A stretch of 64,000 bases of DNA, from positions 9,110 through 73,109 of the forward strand of contig CAVPWX010000006.1 in NCBI GenBank assembly GCA_963709605.1. Reading direction: 5' to 3'. The stretch comes from an uncultured Chloroflexia bacterium (lineage in GTDB: Bacteria; Chloroflexota; Limnocylindria; Limnocylindrales; CSP1-4). Under the pieces are notes generated by a model, which had not been told where the DNA came from, made no database searches, and saw only the letters and a list, made by a program, of their open reading frames with translations. Shown in pieces: positions 10,735 to 19,531 of the stretch (position 1 is its first letter; every line of letters begins with the position of its first letter). The position numbers were made by a program, and so were the translations under genes.

Positions 10735-11178
10735 TCACCGTCGGCCGGCTTCGGCGGGCATGTCGAGGAAGGGGTTCTCCACGCGTACGCTGCCGTACGT
10801 CTCGCCGTGCGCGAGGTCCTCGCTCAGGATGCGCCGGCAGCCCGCCGCCTCGGCCGCGGCGATGATGAGCGCGTCCCAGTACGAGATCGCGCAGGCCCGG
10901 CTCGTGGCGATCGCCGCCCGAACGAGGGAGGCATCGATCCCGACGACCGGGAGCTGGGCCATCCGCTCGACCAACAGGTCGGCCTCCCCTAGGGGAACCG
11001 GCCGGCTGAGCTTGCGGGTCACGACCACGAAGAACTCGCCCAGGACCTGGGCCGAGATCACGAAGTCCGTCTCGGGCCCCGGCACGAGGACCTGCCGGGC
11101 ACGCGCCTGCTTGGCCGGCTCGTCGTCGTCGAGCGCGTAGACCCAGACGTTGGTGTCAACGAAGGTTCGATCGGTCAT
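10735..11178 (-). CDS. vapC: PIN-domain toxin VapC
   Basis: 147 aa starting MTDRTFVDTNVWVYALDDD (first PIN acidic residue), followed by ..SYWDALIIAAAEAAGCRRILSEDL... The longer listed ORF (start 11289) would overlap the antitoxin gene. Confidence 0.85.
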   Translation of the reverse strand: MTDRTFVDTNVWVYALDDDEPAKQARARQVLVPGPETDFVISAQVLGEFFVVVTRKLSRPVPLGEADLLVERMAQLPVVGIDASLVRAAIATSRACAISYWDALIIAAAEAAGCRRILSEDLAHGETYGSVRVENPFLDMPAEAGRR

Positions 11179-11401
11179 ACAGCTCGTCTCGCCGCCATGT
11201 CCGGCCGCCCTCGCCGCTCCCGGCGCGGGAGCCGGCCGCAAGGTCCAGGAAGCCGGCCAGCGCTGCCGCCGTGGCGTCGGCGCCCGCATAGCGCTCGAGA
11301 TACTCGGCGACGACGGCGTTCACCGACGTCCCGCGCTCCAGGGCCCGGATGCGCGCGCGTCGCAGGACCCGCTCGTCAACGGTGACCGTCAGGTTCGCCA
11401 T
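11156..11401 (-). CDS. vapB: Ribbon-helix-helix type antitoxin (VapB-like)
   Basis: 81 aa reading MANLTVTVDERVLRRARIRALERGTSVNAVVAEYLERYAG... It lies directly upstream of vapC and overlaps it by 23 nt. The remainder of ORF 11156..11995 is Arg/Pro-rich shadow sequence that crosses the tRNA. Confidence 0.75.
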   Translation of the reverse strand: MANLTVTVDERVLRRARIRALERGTSVNAVVAEYLERYAGADATAAALAGFLDLAAGSRAGSGEGGRTWRRDELYDRSNLR

Positions 11402-11598
11402 CTCACACCCCGCGTAGCACGGGTCCAGTGTAGCACGAGCTGCCCGCTGGTCCCGTCGAGGCCCCTCTGACGCGTCCTCCGCTTCTGCACGAGGCTTGGT
11501 TGGCCTCAGTCCGCGGGGTGGCAGCGGGACGGTCTCGCGATGCGGCGGACGTCGAGCAGCCCGAGAGCCCTGGGGCTTTCCTCCTCGCGACGACAGTG

Positions 11599-11686
11599 TG
11601 GCGGAGAGGGTGGGATTCGAACCCACGGGGCGCGAAGGCCCTGCGGTTTTCAAGACCGCTCCGATAAACCACTCCGGCACCTCTCC
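11599..11686 (-). tRNA. tRNA-Ser (anticodon UGA), encoded with 3' CCA
   Basis: The minus strand reads GGAGAGGTGCCGGAGTGGTTTATCGGAGCGGTCTTGAAAACCGCAGGGCCTTCGCGCCCCGTGGGTTCGAATCCCACCCTCTCCGCCA. It has a 7-bp acceptor stem GGAGAGG/CCTCTCC, an anticodon stem GCGGT/ACCGC with loop CTTGAAA, a long variable arm (class II tRNA) and a T-loop GGTTCGAATCC. Confidence 0.93.
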
Positions 11687-11780
11687 GCGGTGCGCGCGTC
11701 GAGGATAGCGGGCCGAGGCGCACGGGAGCGAGCTGGCGTCCAGCCCGGGCGCATCGCGTCCACGGAGTCGATAGCCCTCG

Positions 11781-11892
11781 TGACCGGCTGAGACGGTCAG
11801 GAGCGGGCCCCTGAGCGTGAGATCGAGGCGAAGTCCCAACCTGGCCGCGAACGGGAGCGTGCGGCCCGGCAATCTGACCGGCTGAGACGGTC
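11781..11892. repeat. Two exact 18-nt direct repeats (tgaccggctgagacggtc) at 11781-11798 and 11875-11892; each is itself a small hairpin (gaccg/cggtc)
   Basis: Read directly. The repeats are spaced 94 nt start to start, in the 370-bp gap upstream of the tRNA-Ser 5' end. Confidence 0.85.
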
Positions 11893-12057
11893 GCGGAGTA
11901 GCGCCAGGCGTGGGCGCGCGGGCGCGGCCACGGGGCTTCGCACGACGCGCGCGAGCGTCGCACATGTACGGCTGAGCGAGGCGCGGGCAATGCACGCCGG
12001 CACGGGCGCGGGCGCCGAAGGTGCCGCCAGCACGGGCGCCGACGGCACCCGGGGCCG

Positions 12058-13890
12058 TCAGATCGGGTCGGCCTCGGCCGCGGGCGCCGCGGCCACCGCG
12101 ATCCAGGCGAGGCGGATCGTCGCCGGGTCCACCGGCTCGGCGCCGACCGGGACGAAGGCGGCCATCACCAGGCGGATCCCCGGCGGCAGGCCGGCGAGGC
12201 CCACCGGCACCGCCCCTGGAGGCTCGGCCGGCGCTATGGCCGGCGTGTCGGCCGGGGATTCACCCGGCGGCCCGTCCGACGGCTCACCCGGGGGTTCGGA
12301 CGAGGGCTCGGCCGACAGCTCGTCCGACAGGTGCAGGAGGGCGTCCGTCGGCGACGCGGCCCGATCGGGCTCCACGGCGAGCGTTCGCACGAGCAGTCCT
12401 GGCCCGCCCGCCAGCCGTTCCGCGGCAGCGAGCTCGGCGCGGATCTCGGGCGCCCGCGTGTCCCCCGGCACGACGATCCGCAACGACCCGGGCTCCTCGA
12501 CCGGGAGCAGCGAGAGCCGGTCGGCCGCCGGCTCTCGCCCCAGGAGGGCGTCGTCGCGGGGGCTGGCCACGGGCAGGGCCGTCAGCACCGGTCGCCCGGC
12601 CTCCCCGGCCGTGAGGAGGGCGGCCACGGGGAGGGTCCGGCCGAGGGTGCCGGGGTCGCCGGCCAGGCGCACGACCACGACGGCCGGGGTCGCCGGGGCG
12701 GCGAACGCGAAGACGCGCGACGCGCCGGGCTCGAGCGCCGTCTCCAGCGGGACCGACGCCAGGCTGTGGGCGGGCAGCGCCGGGTCGAGCGGGAAGGCCC
12801 AGGCGTCGACGGTCGAGGCCAGTCCGGCGCCGTATGCCTCGATCGGCACCCGGCCGGGATTGCGGACGGTGGCCTCCAGCGACCCGTCCGCCGCGAGCCC
12901 CACCGAGACCGACGCTTCCTGCTCGGCCGCGACGCGCACGAGGAGCGAGCGGATGGCCGGCCGATCGGTCTTCGGCAGCGGCAGGCCGTCGCTGTCGCGG
13001 GCCTCGATGTCGAGGAGCCAGGCGCCGGGCTGGGCCGGAGCCTCCAGCGGCAGGCGCACGGAGTCGCCGCGGATCGCGCGGCGAACCAGTCGCCACTTCG
13101 TCGCCGGCGCCCGGGCCGGGCCCTCGGCCGTCGCCTCGACGAGCCCCACCGGCCGCCAGCGGACGGCGAAGCGAAGCCGAGCCGGCAGCTCGAGGCCGGG
13201 CTTCGCCCGCCACGGGACGTCGACGCCCAGCCGGGCCCCCACCACGGGGGTGGCGGCCAGGGCGGGCCGTCCGAAGCGGACGCCGCGCTCGCGCAGGGTC
13301 ACCACGAGCCGGTCGATGACGTTGGCCGCGTAGGCGACCTTGTCGGCCCAGCGCGGGTCGGACGCGTAGTAGCGGTTGATGGCGCGGGCCGTCGTGAAGC
13401 GGTACCACCAGCGCCCGTCCGGCGTCAGGTACCCGTCGCGCAGCTTCTCCGCCACGGCCCGGATTCCCTGCTGGTAGGAGCGGTAGCGGGTGGCGTACCG
13501 CCAGGGGTCGCGGTCGAAGGCGGAGTACCCGAAGAGGTTCCGCTTGAGACGGGCGATGTCGGAGGTCCCCCAGCCGGATTCGAGGAACGCGTGGGCCAGG
13601 AAGTAGCGGGCGTTGATGCCCTCCTCGCGCTCGGCCCGCATGAAGGCGGCGCCGAGCCGGGGCAGCGGCGTCGTCGCCTCGAGGACCTCGTCGATCATCC
13701 AGGCGGCGTAGCCGGAGACGGACAGGACGTCGGTGTTCGGCGTGAAGACGCGGCCGGGGCGGTACTCCACCGTCCGCCGCGGCTCGAGCTTCTGGAGGCG
13801 CGAGTCGGCCGCGGCGGGGGCGGCCGCAGCGAGGGCGACGAGGCACGTGAGCGCGACGATCGCGGCGCGCCGCAGGAGGATGATCTGCAT
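12058..13890 (-). CDS. Secreted glucosaminidase-domain (LytD/FlgJ-type N-acetylglucosaminidase) protein with a long uncharacterised C-terminal region
   Basis: The start [28 protein letters not shown] is a signal peptide. [32 protein letters not shown] is the glucosaminidase (PF01832-like) core. About 400 further residues and a Pro/Glu/Ser-rich tail have no family I recognise. The listed ORF extends to 14190, but that N-terminal extension is Arg/Gly-rich shadow sequence. Confidence 0.75.
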   Translation of the reverse strand: MQIILLRRAAIVALTCLVALAAAAPAAADSRLQKLEPRRTVEYRPGRVFTPNTDVLSVSGYAAWMIDEVLEATTPLPRLGAAFMRAEREEGINARYFLAHAFLESGWGTSDIARLKRNLFGYSAFDRDPWRYATRYRSYQQGIRAVAEKLRDGYLTPDGRWWYRFTTARAINRYYASDPRWADKVAYAANVIDRLVVTLRERGVRFGRPALAATPVVGARLGVDVPWRAKPGLELPARLRFAVRWRPVGLVEATAEGPARAPATKWRLVRRAIRGDSVRLPLEAPAQPGAWLLDIEARDSDGLPLPKTDRPAIRSLLVRVAAEQEASVSVGLAADGSLEATVRNPGRVPIEAYGAGLASTVDAWAFPLDPALPAHSLASVPLETALEPGASRVFAFAAPATPAVVVVRLAGDPGTLGRTLPVAALLTAGEAGRPVLTALPVASPRDDALLGREPAADRLSLLPVEEPGSLRIVVPGDTRAPEIRAELAAAERLAGGPGLLVRTLAVEPDRAASPTDALLHLSDELSAEPSSEPPGEPSDGPPGESPADTPAIAPAEPPGAVPVGLAGLPPGIRLVMAAFVPVGAEPVDPATIRLAWIAVAAAPAAEADPI

Positions 13891-14116
13891 GGGACGCCGC
13901 CACGATGCGGGCCGCGTGCCCGTGCGGCCACGACCCGACCGTCCCGTCCCCGTGTGGCCCCATGGTCCGGGCCCCGTGAACGCGATGCACCCGCTCGGGG
14001 CCGTCCGCGGCGGTGATCCACGGTCGGTGGGGCCCGGGCGATCCAAGGGCAGGGGCCCGCCCGATATAGGATCAGCCGGGCGACACCGCCCCCCGAGCCT
14101 TCCCTCCCGGAGGACC

Positions 14117-14969
14117 ATGCTCCGCCGACTCCTGGGCAGCGACCCCGCGGCGCCGGCCGCCGCCGACCTCGCCCCCAGCCGCCACCTCATCGACCTGCGC
14201 GCCGTCGTGAAGGACTACGTGACCGACGCCGGTCCGTTCCGGGCGCTCCGCGACATCGACCTCCAGGTGGACTCGGGCGAGTTCCTGGCCGTCGTCGGCA
14301 AGTCGGGCTCGGGCAAGTCGACGCTCATGAACATGATGACCGGGATCGACCGGGCGACACACGGCGACGTCTGGGTCGGGGGCACCCACCTCAACCACCT
14401 TTCCGAGGGCCAGACGGCGGTCTGGCGGGGCCGGACCGTGGGGGTCATCTTCCAGTTCTTCCAGCTCCTCCCGACCCTCACGGTCGTGGAGAACGTCATG
14501 CTCCCCATGGACTTCGGGGGGCTCTGGACGCCGCGCGAGCGCGAGGAGCGGGCGATGGGCCTCCTCGACCAGGTCGAGATGGCCGACCAGGCCGGGAAGC
14601 TCCCCCTGGCCACCTCCGGCGGCCAGCAGCAGCGCGTCGGCGATCGCCCGCGCCCTCGCCAACGACCCGCCGATCCTCGTGGCGGACGAGCCGACGGGGA
14701 ACCTCGACTCGGCGACCGCGGAGGCTGTCATCCGGCTCTTCGACGACCTCGTCGGGGCCGGCAAGACGATCGTCATGGTGACCCACGACCGCGAGATCGC
14801 CTCGCACGCCCGACGGACGGTCCACATGGTCGACGGGAGGCTGCTCGACGGGACGCTCCCCGACGACGCGGCGCCCGCCGCGGGCCCGGTCCCGGCGCCC
14901 GGCGCGTTCGAGGCGGTCCCGGCGGTCGCCGCGATCGAGGCGGTCGCCGCGCAGCCCGCCCGTGCATAG
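14117..14969 (+). pseudogene. ABC transporter ATP-binding protein (MacB/LolD/FtsE-like), with one frameshift inside the ABC signature as assembled
   Basis: The sequence shows Walker [10 protein letters not shown], a Q-loop [16 protein letters not shown] and the signature SGGQQQRV, where the frame breaks at about 14636-14645. The next frame (ORF 14679..14969) gives ..[12 protein letters not shown] (Walker B) and VMVTHD (H-loop). TAG stop at 14967-14969. Confidence 0.85.
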
Positions 14970-17346
14970 CGTCCGCTGGCGCAAGGTCCTCCGCGACCTC
15001 GGCGTCGCCCGCACCCGGACCGTGCTGGTCGTCCTCTCGATCGCCGTCGGCGTCTTCGCCGTGGGCACGATCGCCGGCTCGAGCGCGCTCCTCCAGGAGG
15101 GCCTGCGCGAGGTCTACCTGGCAAGCCGGCCGGCCAGCGCGACCCTTGCCACGTCCGGGTTCGGCGACGATCTCGTGGAGGCCGTGCGGGGGATGCCGGG
15201 GGTCGCCGACGCCGAGGCCCGCCGCAGCATCACGGTCCGCCTGCGGACGGGGCCCGAAAGCTACCGCGAGCTCCAGCTGACCGCCATCCGGGACTTCGAG
15301 GACCAGCGCCTGGACCTCGTCACGCCCGAGCCCGGCGCGGCGTGGCCGCCTGCGCGCGGTGAGATGCTCCTCGAGCGCTCCAGCCTGACGCTCGCCGACG
15401 TCCCCGTGGAAGGCCCGGTCGAGGTCCAGGCCGTCGACGGCTCCGTCCACCAGCTCCAGGTCGCCGGGCTCTCCCACGAGGTCGGTGCCTCGCCGGCCTT
15501 CTACATCGGCCGTCTCAATGGCCACATCACGTTCGACACCCTGGCCGACCTCGGCTACGGGACGGCCTACGACGACCTGCGCATCCTCGTCTCGGACACG
15601 AGCCTCGACCGCGAGGGGATCCGGGCCGTCGCGGAGCAGGTCCGGGAACGGCTCGAGCGCGCCGGCGTGGTCGTCGCCTTCGTCTTCGTGCCGCCCCCGG
15701 GCGAGCACCCCGCCAACGACCTGCTGGCCGGCGTCTTCCTCGTCCTCGGGTTCCTGGGGCTCCTCGCCCTCCTCGCCTCGGGATTCCTGGTCGTCAACAC
15801 GGTCAACGCGATCATCGCCCAGCAGACGCGCCAGATCGGGGTCATGAAGGCCGTCGGGGCGCGCAACCGCCAGGTCGCGGTCCTCTACCTGGGCATGGTC
15901 CTGGCCTACGCCGTGCTCTCGCTGGGCGTGGCCCTGCCGCTCGGCGCGATCGGCGCCTACGGGCTGACCGTCTTCACGGCCCGCCTCGTCAACTTCGACG
16001 TCGACACCTTCTTCGCGCCACCGGAGGTGCTGGCCCTCGAGATCGCGGTCGGGCTGCTGGTGCCGCTCCTGGCGGCCCTGGTCCCCGTCTGGCGGGGCGT
16101 GCGGATCACCGTCCGCGAGGCGGTCGGCAGCACCGGGCTCGCCGACGCCTTCGGGCGAAGCCGGGTCGACCGGGCGATCCAGCGCGTCCGGGGCCTCCCC
16201 CGCCCCACCCTCCTCTCGATCCGCAACACGTTCCGCCGCAAGTCGCGCCTCGCCCTGACGCTCTCGGCGCTGACGCTCGGCGCGGCCGTCTTCATGGCGG
16301 TCTTCACGGTCCGGGCCTCGCTCTACCAGACCCTCGACGACGCCCTGGCCTACTTCGACTACGACGTCCAGGTGGAGCTGGCCGCTCCCGCCCGGGCCGG
16401 CTTCCTCGTCGCCGAGGCGGAGCGGGTTCCGGGAGTGGAGGCGGCCGAGGCCTGGCGCTTCGCGACCACCCAGCGGATCCGGGCCGACGGCGCGGAGAGC
16501 CGCTCGTTCATCACGTTCGGCCTGCCGCCCGACACCACCATGGTCCGCCCGAAGCTCCAGGAGGGACGCTGGCTCCTCCCCGGCGACGGGAACGCGCTCG
16601 TGGCCACGGCCAACGTCCGCGAGGACGAGCCCGACCTGGCGATCGGCGACACGGTCACCCTGCGGGTCAACGGCCGCGACGCGGCGTGGACGCTGGTGGG
16701 GATCGTGGAGTCGCCCACCCAGCGGCCCTTCCTGTACGCGAACGCCGGGCCCCTGGAGCAGGCCACCCGCGACGTGGGCCGGGCGTCGGTGGTCATGCTG
16801 CGCACGGAATCCCGGGATCCGGCCACCCAGGACCGGGTCGGGAAGGCGACCGCCGACCACCTCGAGACGGTGGGCATCCGCGTGGCAGCCACGACGACGA
16901 TCGCCGAGGTGCGCACGACCCAGGAGCGCCTCTTCGACGTCCTCGTCATCTTCCTCTCCTCGATGGCGCTCCTCCTCGGCGTCGTGGGCGGGCTCGGGCT
17001 GACCGGGACGATGAGCATCAACGTCGTGGAGCGGGCCCGCGAGATCGGGGTGATCCGCGCGGTCGGCGCCAGCGACGGGGCGGTCCTGCGGCTCTTCCTC
17101 GCCGAGGGGCTCCTCATCGGGCTCATCTCGTGGGGGCTCGGGGCCCTGCTGTCGGTGCCGATCAGCCGGACCCTCTCCGACGCCCTCGGGATGGTGTTCC
17201 TGTCGCGGCCCCTCTCCTACGCCGTCTCCCTCGAGGGCGTCGTCCTGTGGCTGGCGATCGTCATCGCCCTGGCCGCCGTCGCCAGCCTCGTCCCGGCGTG
17301 GCGGGCCTCGCGCCTCGCCGTCCGCGAAGTCCTGGCCTACGAATGA
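14962..17346 (+). CDS. MacB-type ABC transporter permease with two FtsX-family modules and large extracytoplasmic domains
   Basis: Intact 794-aa ORF with a GTG start overlapping the ATPase gene end by 8 nt. The N-terminal TM segment is [19 protein letters not shown]. Two FtsX-like motifs are present: [14 protein letters not shown] and [14 protein letters not shown]. Confidence 0.85.
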   Translation: MHSVRWRKVLRDLGVARTRTVLVVLSIAVGVFAVGTIAGSSALLQEGLREVYLASRPASATLATSGFGDDLVEAVRGMPGVADAEARRSITVRLRTGPESYRELQLTAIRDFEDQRLDLVTPEPGAAWPPARGEMLLERSSLTLADVPVEGPVEVQAVDGSVHQLQVAGLSHEVGASPAFYIGRLNGHITFDTLADLGYGTAYDDLRILVSDTSLDREGIRAVAEQVRERLERAGVVVAFVFVPPPGEHPANDLLAGVFLVLGFLGLLALLASGFLVVNTVNAIIAQQTRQIGVMKAVGARNRQVAVLYLGMVLAYAVLSLGVALPLGAIGAYGLTVFTARLVNFDVDTFFAPPEVLALEIAVGLLVPLLAALVPVWRGVRITVREAVGSTGLADAFGRSRVDRAIQRVRGLPRPTLLSIRNTFRRKSRLALTLSALTLGAAVFMAVFTVRASLYQTLDDALAYFDYDVQVELAAPARAGFLVAEAERVPGVEAAEAWRFATTQRIRADGAESRSFITFGLPPDTTMVRPKLQEGRWLLPGDGNALVATANVREDEPDLAIGDTVTLRVNGRDAAWTLVGIVESPTQRPFLYANAGPLEQATRDVGRASVVMLRTESRDPATQDRVGKATADHLETVGIRVAATTTIAEVRTTQERLFDVLVIFLSSMALLLGVVGGLGLTGTMSINVVERAREIGVIRAVGASDGAVLRLFLAEGLLIGLISWGLGALLSVPISRTLSDALGMVFLSRPLSYAVSLEGVVLWLAIVIALAAVASLVPAWRASRLAVREVLAYE

Positions 17347-17416
17347 CCGACGGAACCCCTCCCCCGCCGCCTCGATCCCGGGCCCGCCCGGACAGCGTCC
17401 CGCACGAAGGAGCCCC

Positions 17417-18421
17417 ATGCGCCGCCTCGCCGTCGCCGCCATCATCCTCATCGCCGTCGCCGGCGGCGCCCTGCTCCTGCTCGGGGGACTCGGCGGCGGC
17501 GGGGATGACGCGGCGGCGTCGCCGTCGATCCCGCCGGTCCCGCCCTCGAACGAGGTCGTCGCCGACGGACGGGTCGTGCCCATCCGGAGCGCCGAGCTGG
17601 GCGTCGGCGTGCCGGGAACGATCGCCGAGGTCGCGGTCGCGGAGGGCGAGGCCGTGACGGCGGGGCAGGTGCTCGTCCGCCTGGACGCCGCGGCGGCCGA
17701 CGCCGAGGTCGCCGCGGCCAGGGCCGCCGTCGCGGCCGCGGAGTCGGGAGTCGACCGCGCGGAGGCCGCCCGCTCCCAGGCGGTCGCCCAGCGCGACGCC
17801 GCAATCGCCGCCGTCGACCAGGCCCGCGCCGGTGTCGCTCGCGCCGAAGCCGTCCGCGACGGGCTCCCCAGCGGCGCCTCCTCGTCCCAGGAGCGCGTCG
17901 CGGAGGCCGACGTCGACGCCGCCGAGGCCGCGCTCGAGGGGGCGCGGGCGAGCTTCCGGGCGTCGACCGCCGCCCGCGACGGGGCCGCGGCGGGGGTCAC
18001 CGCGGCCCAGGCGGAGCTGGACCGGGCGACCGCAGGCCTCGCCGCGGCGGAGGCCGCCGCGGCCGAGCTGGCCGTGGTCGCGCCCTTCGCCGGGACGATC
18101 GCCTCGCTCGACGCCCGCGTGGGCGAGCGGGCCGCGCCCGGGGTCGTGATGGTGCGGGTGGCCGACACGTCCGGCTGGCGGATCGAGACGACCGACCTCG
18201 ACGAGACGACCGTGGCGCGGGTTGCCCCCGGGGCGCCGGTCACCATCACCTTCGACGGCCTGCCGGACGCAACGGTCCGGGGCACGGTGACGTCGATCGC
18301 CCTCTTCGGCTCGACGCTCCAGGGCGACGTCGTCTATCGCGCCGTCATCGAACCGGCCACGGTGCCGGACGGCCTGCGCTGGAACATGACGGCGACCGTG
18401 ACGGTGCAGGCCGGGGAGTAG
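17417..18421 (+). CDS. HlyD-family periplasmic adaptor (membrane fusion protein)
   Basis: The protein has an N-terminal TM anchor and a lipoyl-like GTIAEVAVAEGEAVTAGQVLVRLD. A long Ala-rich coiled-coil hairpin follows, then VVAPFAGTIASLDARVGE and a beta-barrel tail. Confidence 0.85.
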   Translation: MRRLAVAAIILIAVAGGALLLLGGLGGGGDDAAASPSIPPVPPSNEVVADGRVVPIRSAELGVGVPGTIAEVAVAEGEAVTAGQVLVRLDAAAADAEVAAARAAVAAAESGVDRAEAARSQAVAQRDAAIAAVDQARAGVARAEAVRDGLPSGASSSQERVAEADVDAAEAALEGARASFRASTAARDGAAAGVTAAQAELDRATAGLAAAEAAAAELAVVAPFAGTIASLDARVGERAAPGVVMVRVADTSGWRIETTDLDETTVARVAPGAPVTITFDGLPDATVRGTVTSIALFGSTLQGDVVYRAVIEPATVPDGLRWNMTATVTVQAGE

Positions 18422-18484
18422 CCGCTCAGCCGGCGCGGCCGTCCTCCGCGAGGGTGACGACGCGGAGCGCGGCGGGCCCCTCGG

Positions 18485-19129
18485 TCACCGCGAGCTGATG
18501 ACGCAGGTGCCGGCGATGAGGTCGTGCCAGCCGCGCCGGCGGCTGTCGACGAGGATCCAGACGAAGCCGATGTAGAAGACGGCTCCCGAGACCCAGTAGC
18601 CCACCAGGCGCAGCAGCGCCGCGCCCCACCCGATCCGGCTCCCGTCCCGGTCGTTCACCACGCGGATCCCGGCCACCTTCATCCCGGGCGTGGCCCCGCC
18701 GCGGGCCCAGAAGAACGGGAAGTAGAGGAGCGCGAAGATCGTGATCAGGAGAGAGCCCAGCAGGAACAGCCCGATCGCGCCGGCCGCCGCGCCCGTGTCG
18801 CCCACGATGACGTCGCCGTTGGCGTCGATCGACCACTCGAGCGACCCGAAGAAGACGACCATCATGAGGATGACCGCCGCCGTCGCGACGAAGCCGACGA
18901 GGATCGCGTCGAGGATGTAGGCGCCGAGGCGGGCGCCGTGGCCGGCGAAGCGGACGCCGGGGGCGGGTCCGGCGGGCTCGGCGGGCACCGCCCACGGCGC
19001 CGGCGGCGGTCCTGGGGGCGGATAGGCCGGCGGTGGCGCGGCGGGGGGATACGCCGGCGGTGGATACGCCGGCGGCGGTGTCGGCGGGACGCCCTGGGTG
19101 GCGTCCTCGGGGCGGTTCGGCTGGTCCAT
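18485..19129 (-). CDS. RDD-family membrane protein with a Pro-rich N-terminus (three PPAY repeats)
   Basis: The start is MDQPNRPEDATQG.., followed by PPAYPPPAYPPAAPPPAYPP. The RDD core runs AGHGARLGAYILDAILVGF ... RGGATPGMKVAGIRVV ... RRGWHDLIAGTCVI. Confidence 0.8.
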   Translation of the reverse strand: MDQPNRPEDATQGVPPTPPPAYPPPAYPPAAPPPAYPPPGPPPAPWAVPAEPAGPAPGVRFAGHGARLGAYILDAILVGFVATAAVILMMVVFFGSLEWSIDANGDVIVGDTGAAAGAIGLFLLGSLLITIFALLYFPFFWARGGATPGMKVAGIRVVNDRDGSRIGWGAALLRLVGYWVSGAVFYIGFVWILVDSRRRGWHDLIAGTCVISSR

Positions 19130-19330
19130 GCTGGGCTCCCTCGCTAGGACGCCGCGCCACGGCGTCGCCGCTCGATGGTATCGGCTCGCAGCGCCCGCGT
19201 CGACGATCCCTTCCGCCCGACCTCCGGGCCGATCGGCCCGGAACGCCGCCCGCCAGGGGTCGTTCTGCCCTTGCCGGGCGCCGCCCCGCGCCGGACGATC
19301 TCTCCGACCACCTCCGATGAGGACCGAGCG

Positions 19331-19492
19331 ATGCACCGCATCCTCGCCGCGATCCGCCGGCTCCTCGACGCGAGCCTGCCCGTGCCGCCCAGCGACGCCG
19401 ATTACCCGGCGACAGAGGAGGAGGCCTCCCGGCGGCGATGGCGCCTCTGGTTCCGCCGCCAGCAGAAGGATGGCCGCGGCGGCAACCGCTGA
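19331..19492 (+). CDS. Possible small basic protein (53 aa), no family recognised
   Basis: The sequence is MHRILAAIRRLLDASLPVPPSDADYPATEEEASRRRWRLWFRRQQKDGRGGNR. G/C third positions are uniformly high, and a GAGGA lies 7 nt upstream of the ATG. It sits in a 400-bp gap between the RDD gene and serS. It could still be a shadow frame. Confidence 0.3.
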   Translation: MHRILAAIRRLLDASLPVPPSDADYPATEEEASRRRWRLWFRRQQKDGRGGNR

Positions 19493-19531
19493 CGATGTCG
19501 TCGCGTCGGCGCGTCCTCGTCTCGCCGCGAC

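Noticed and set aside
9126-12057. A complete integrative element at tRNA-Ser
   Set aside because: There is no integrase, excisionase or conjugation gene, and I could not find by eye a duplicated copy of the tRNA 3' end. Only vapBC and a small remnant lie next to the tRNA.
14773-18285. 1170-aa minus-strand ORF covering the FtsX permease and HlyD genes
   Set aside because: The sequence is low-complexity (Ala/Ser/Arg/Pro/Gly/Glu runs), lies antisense to two genes with clear homology patterns, and shares their wobble positions.
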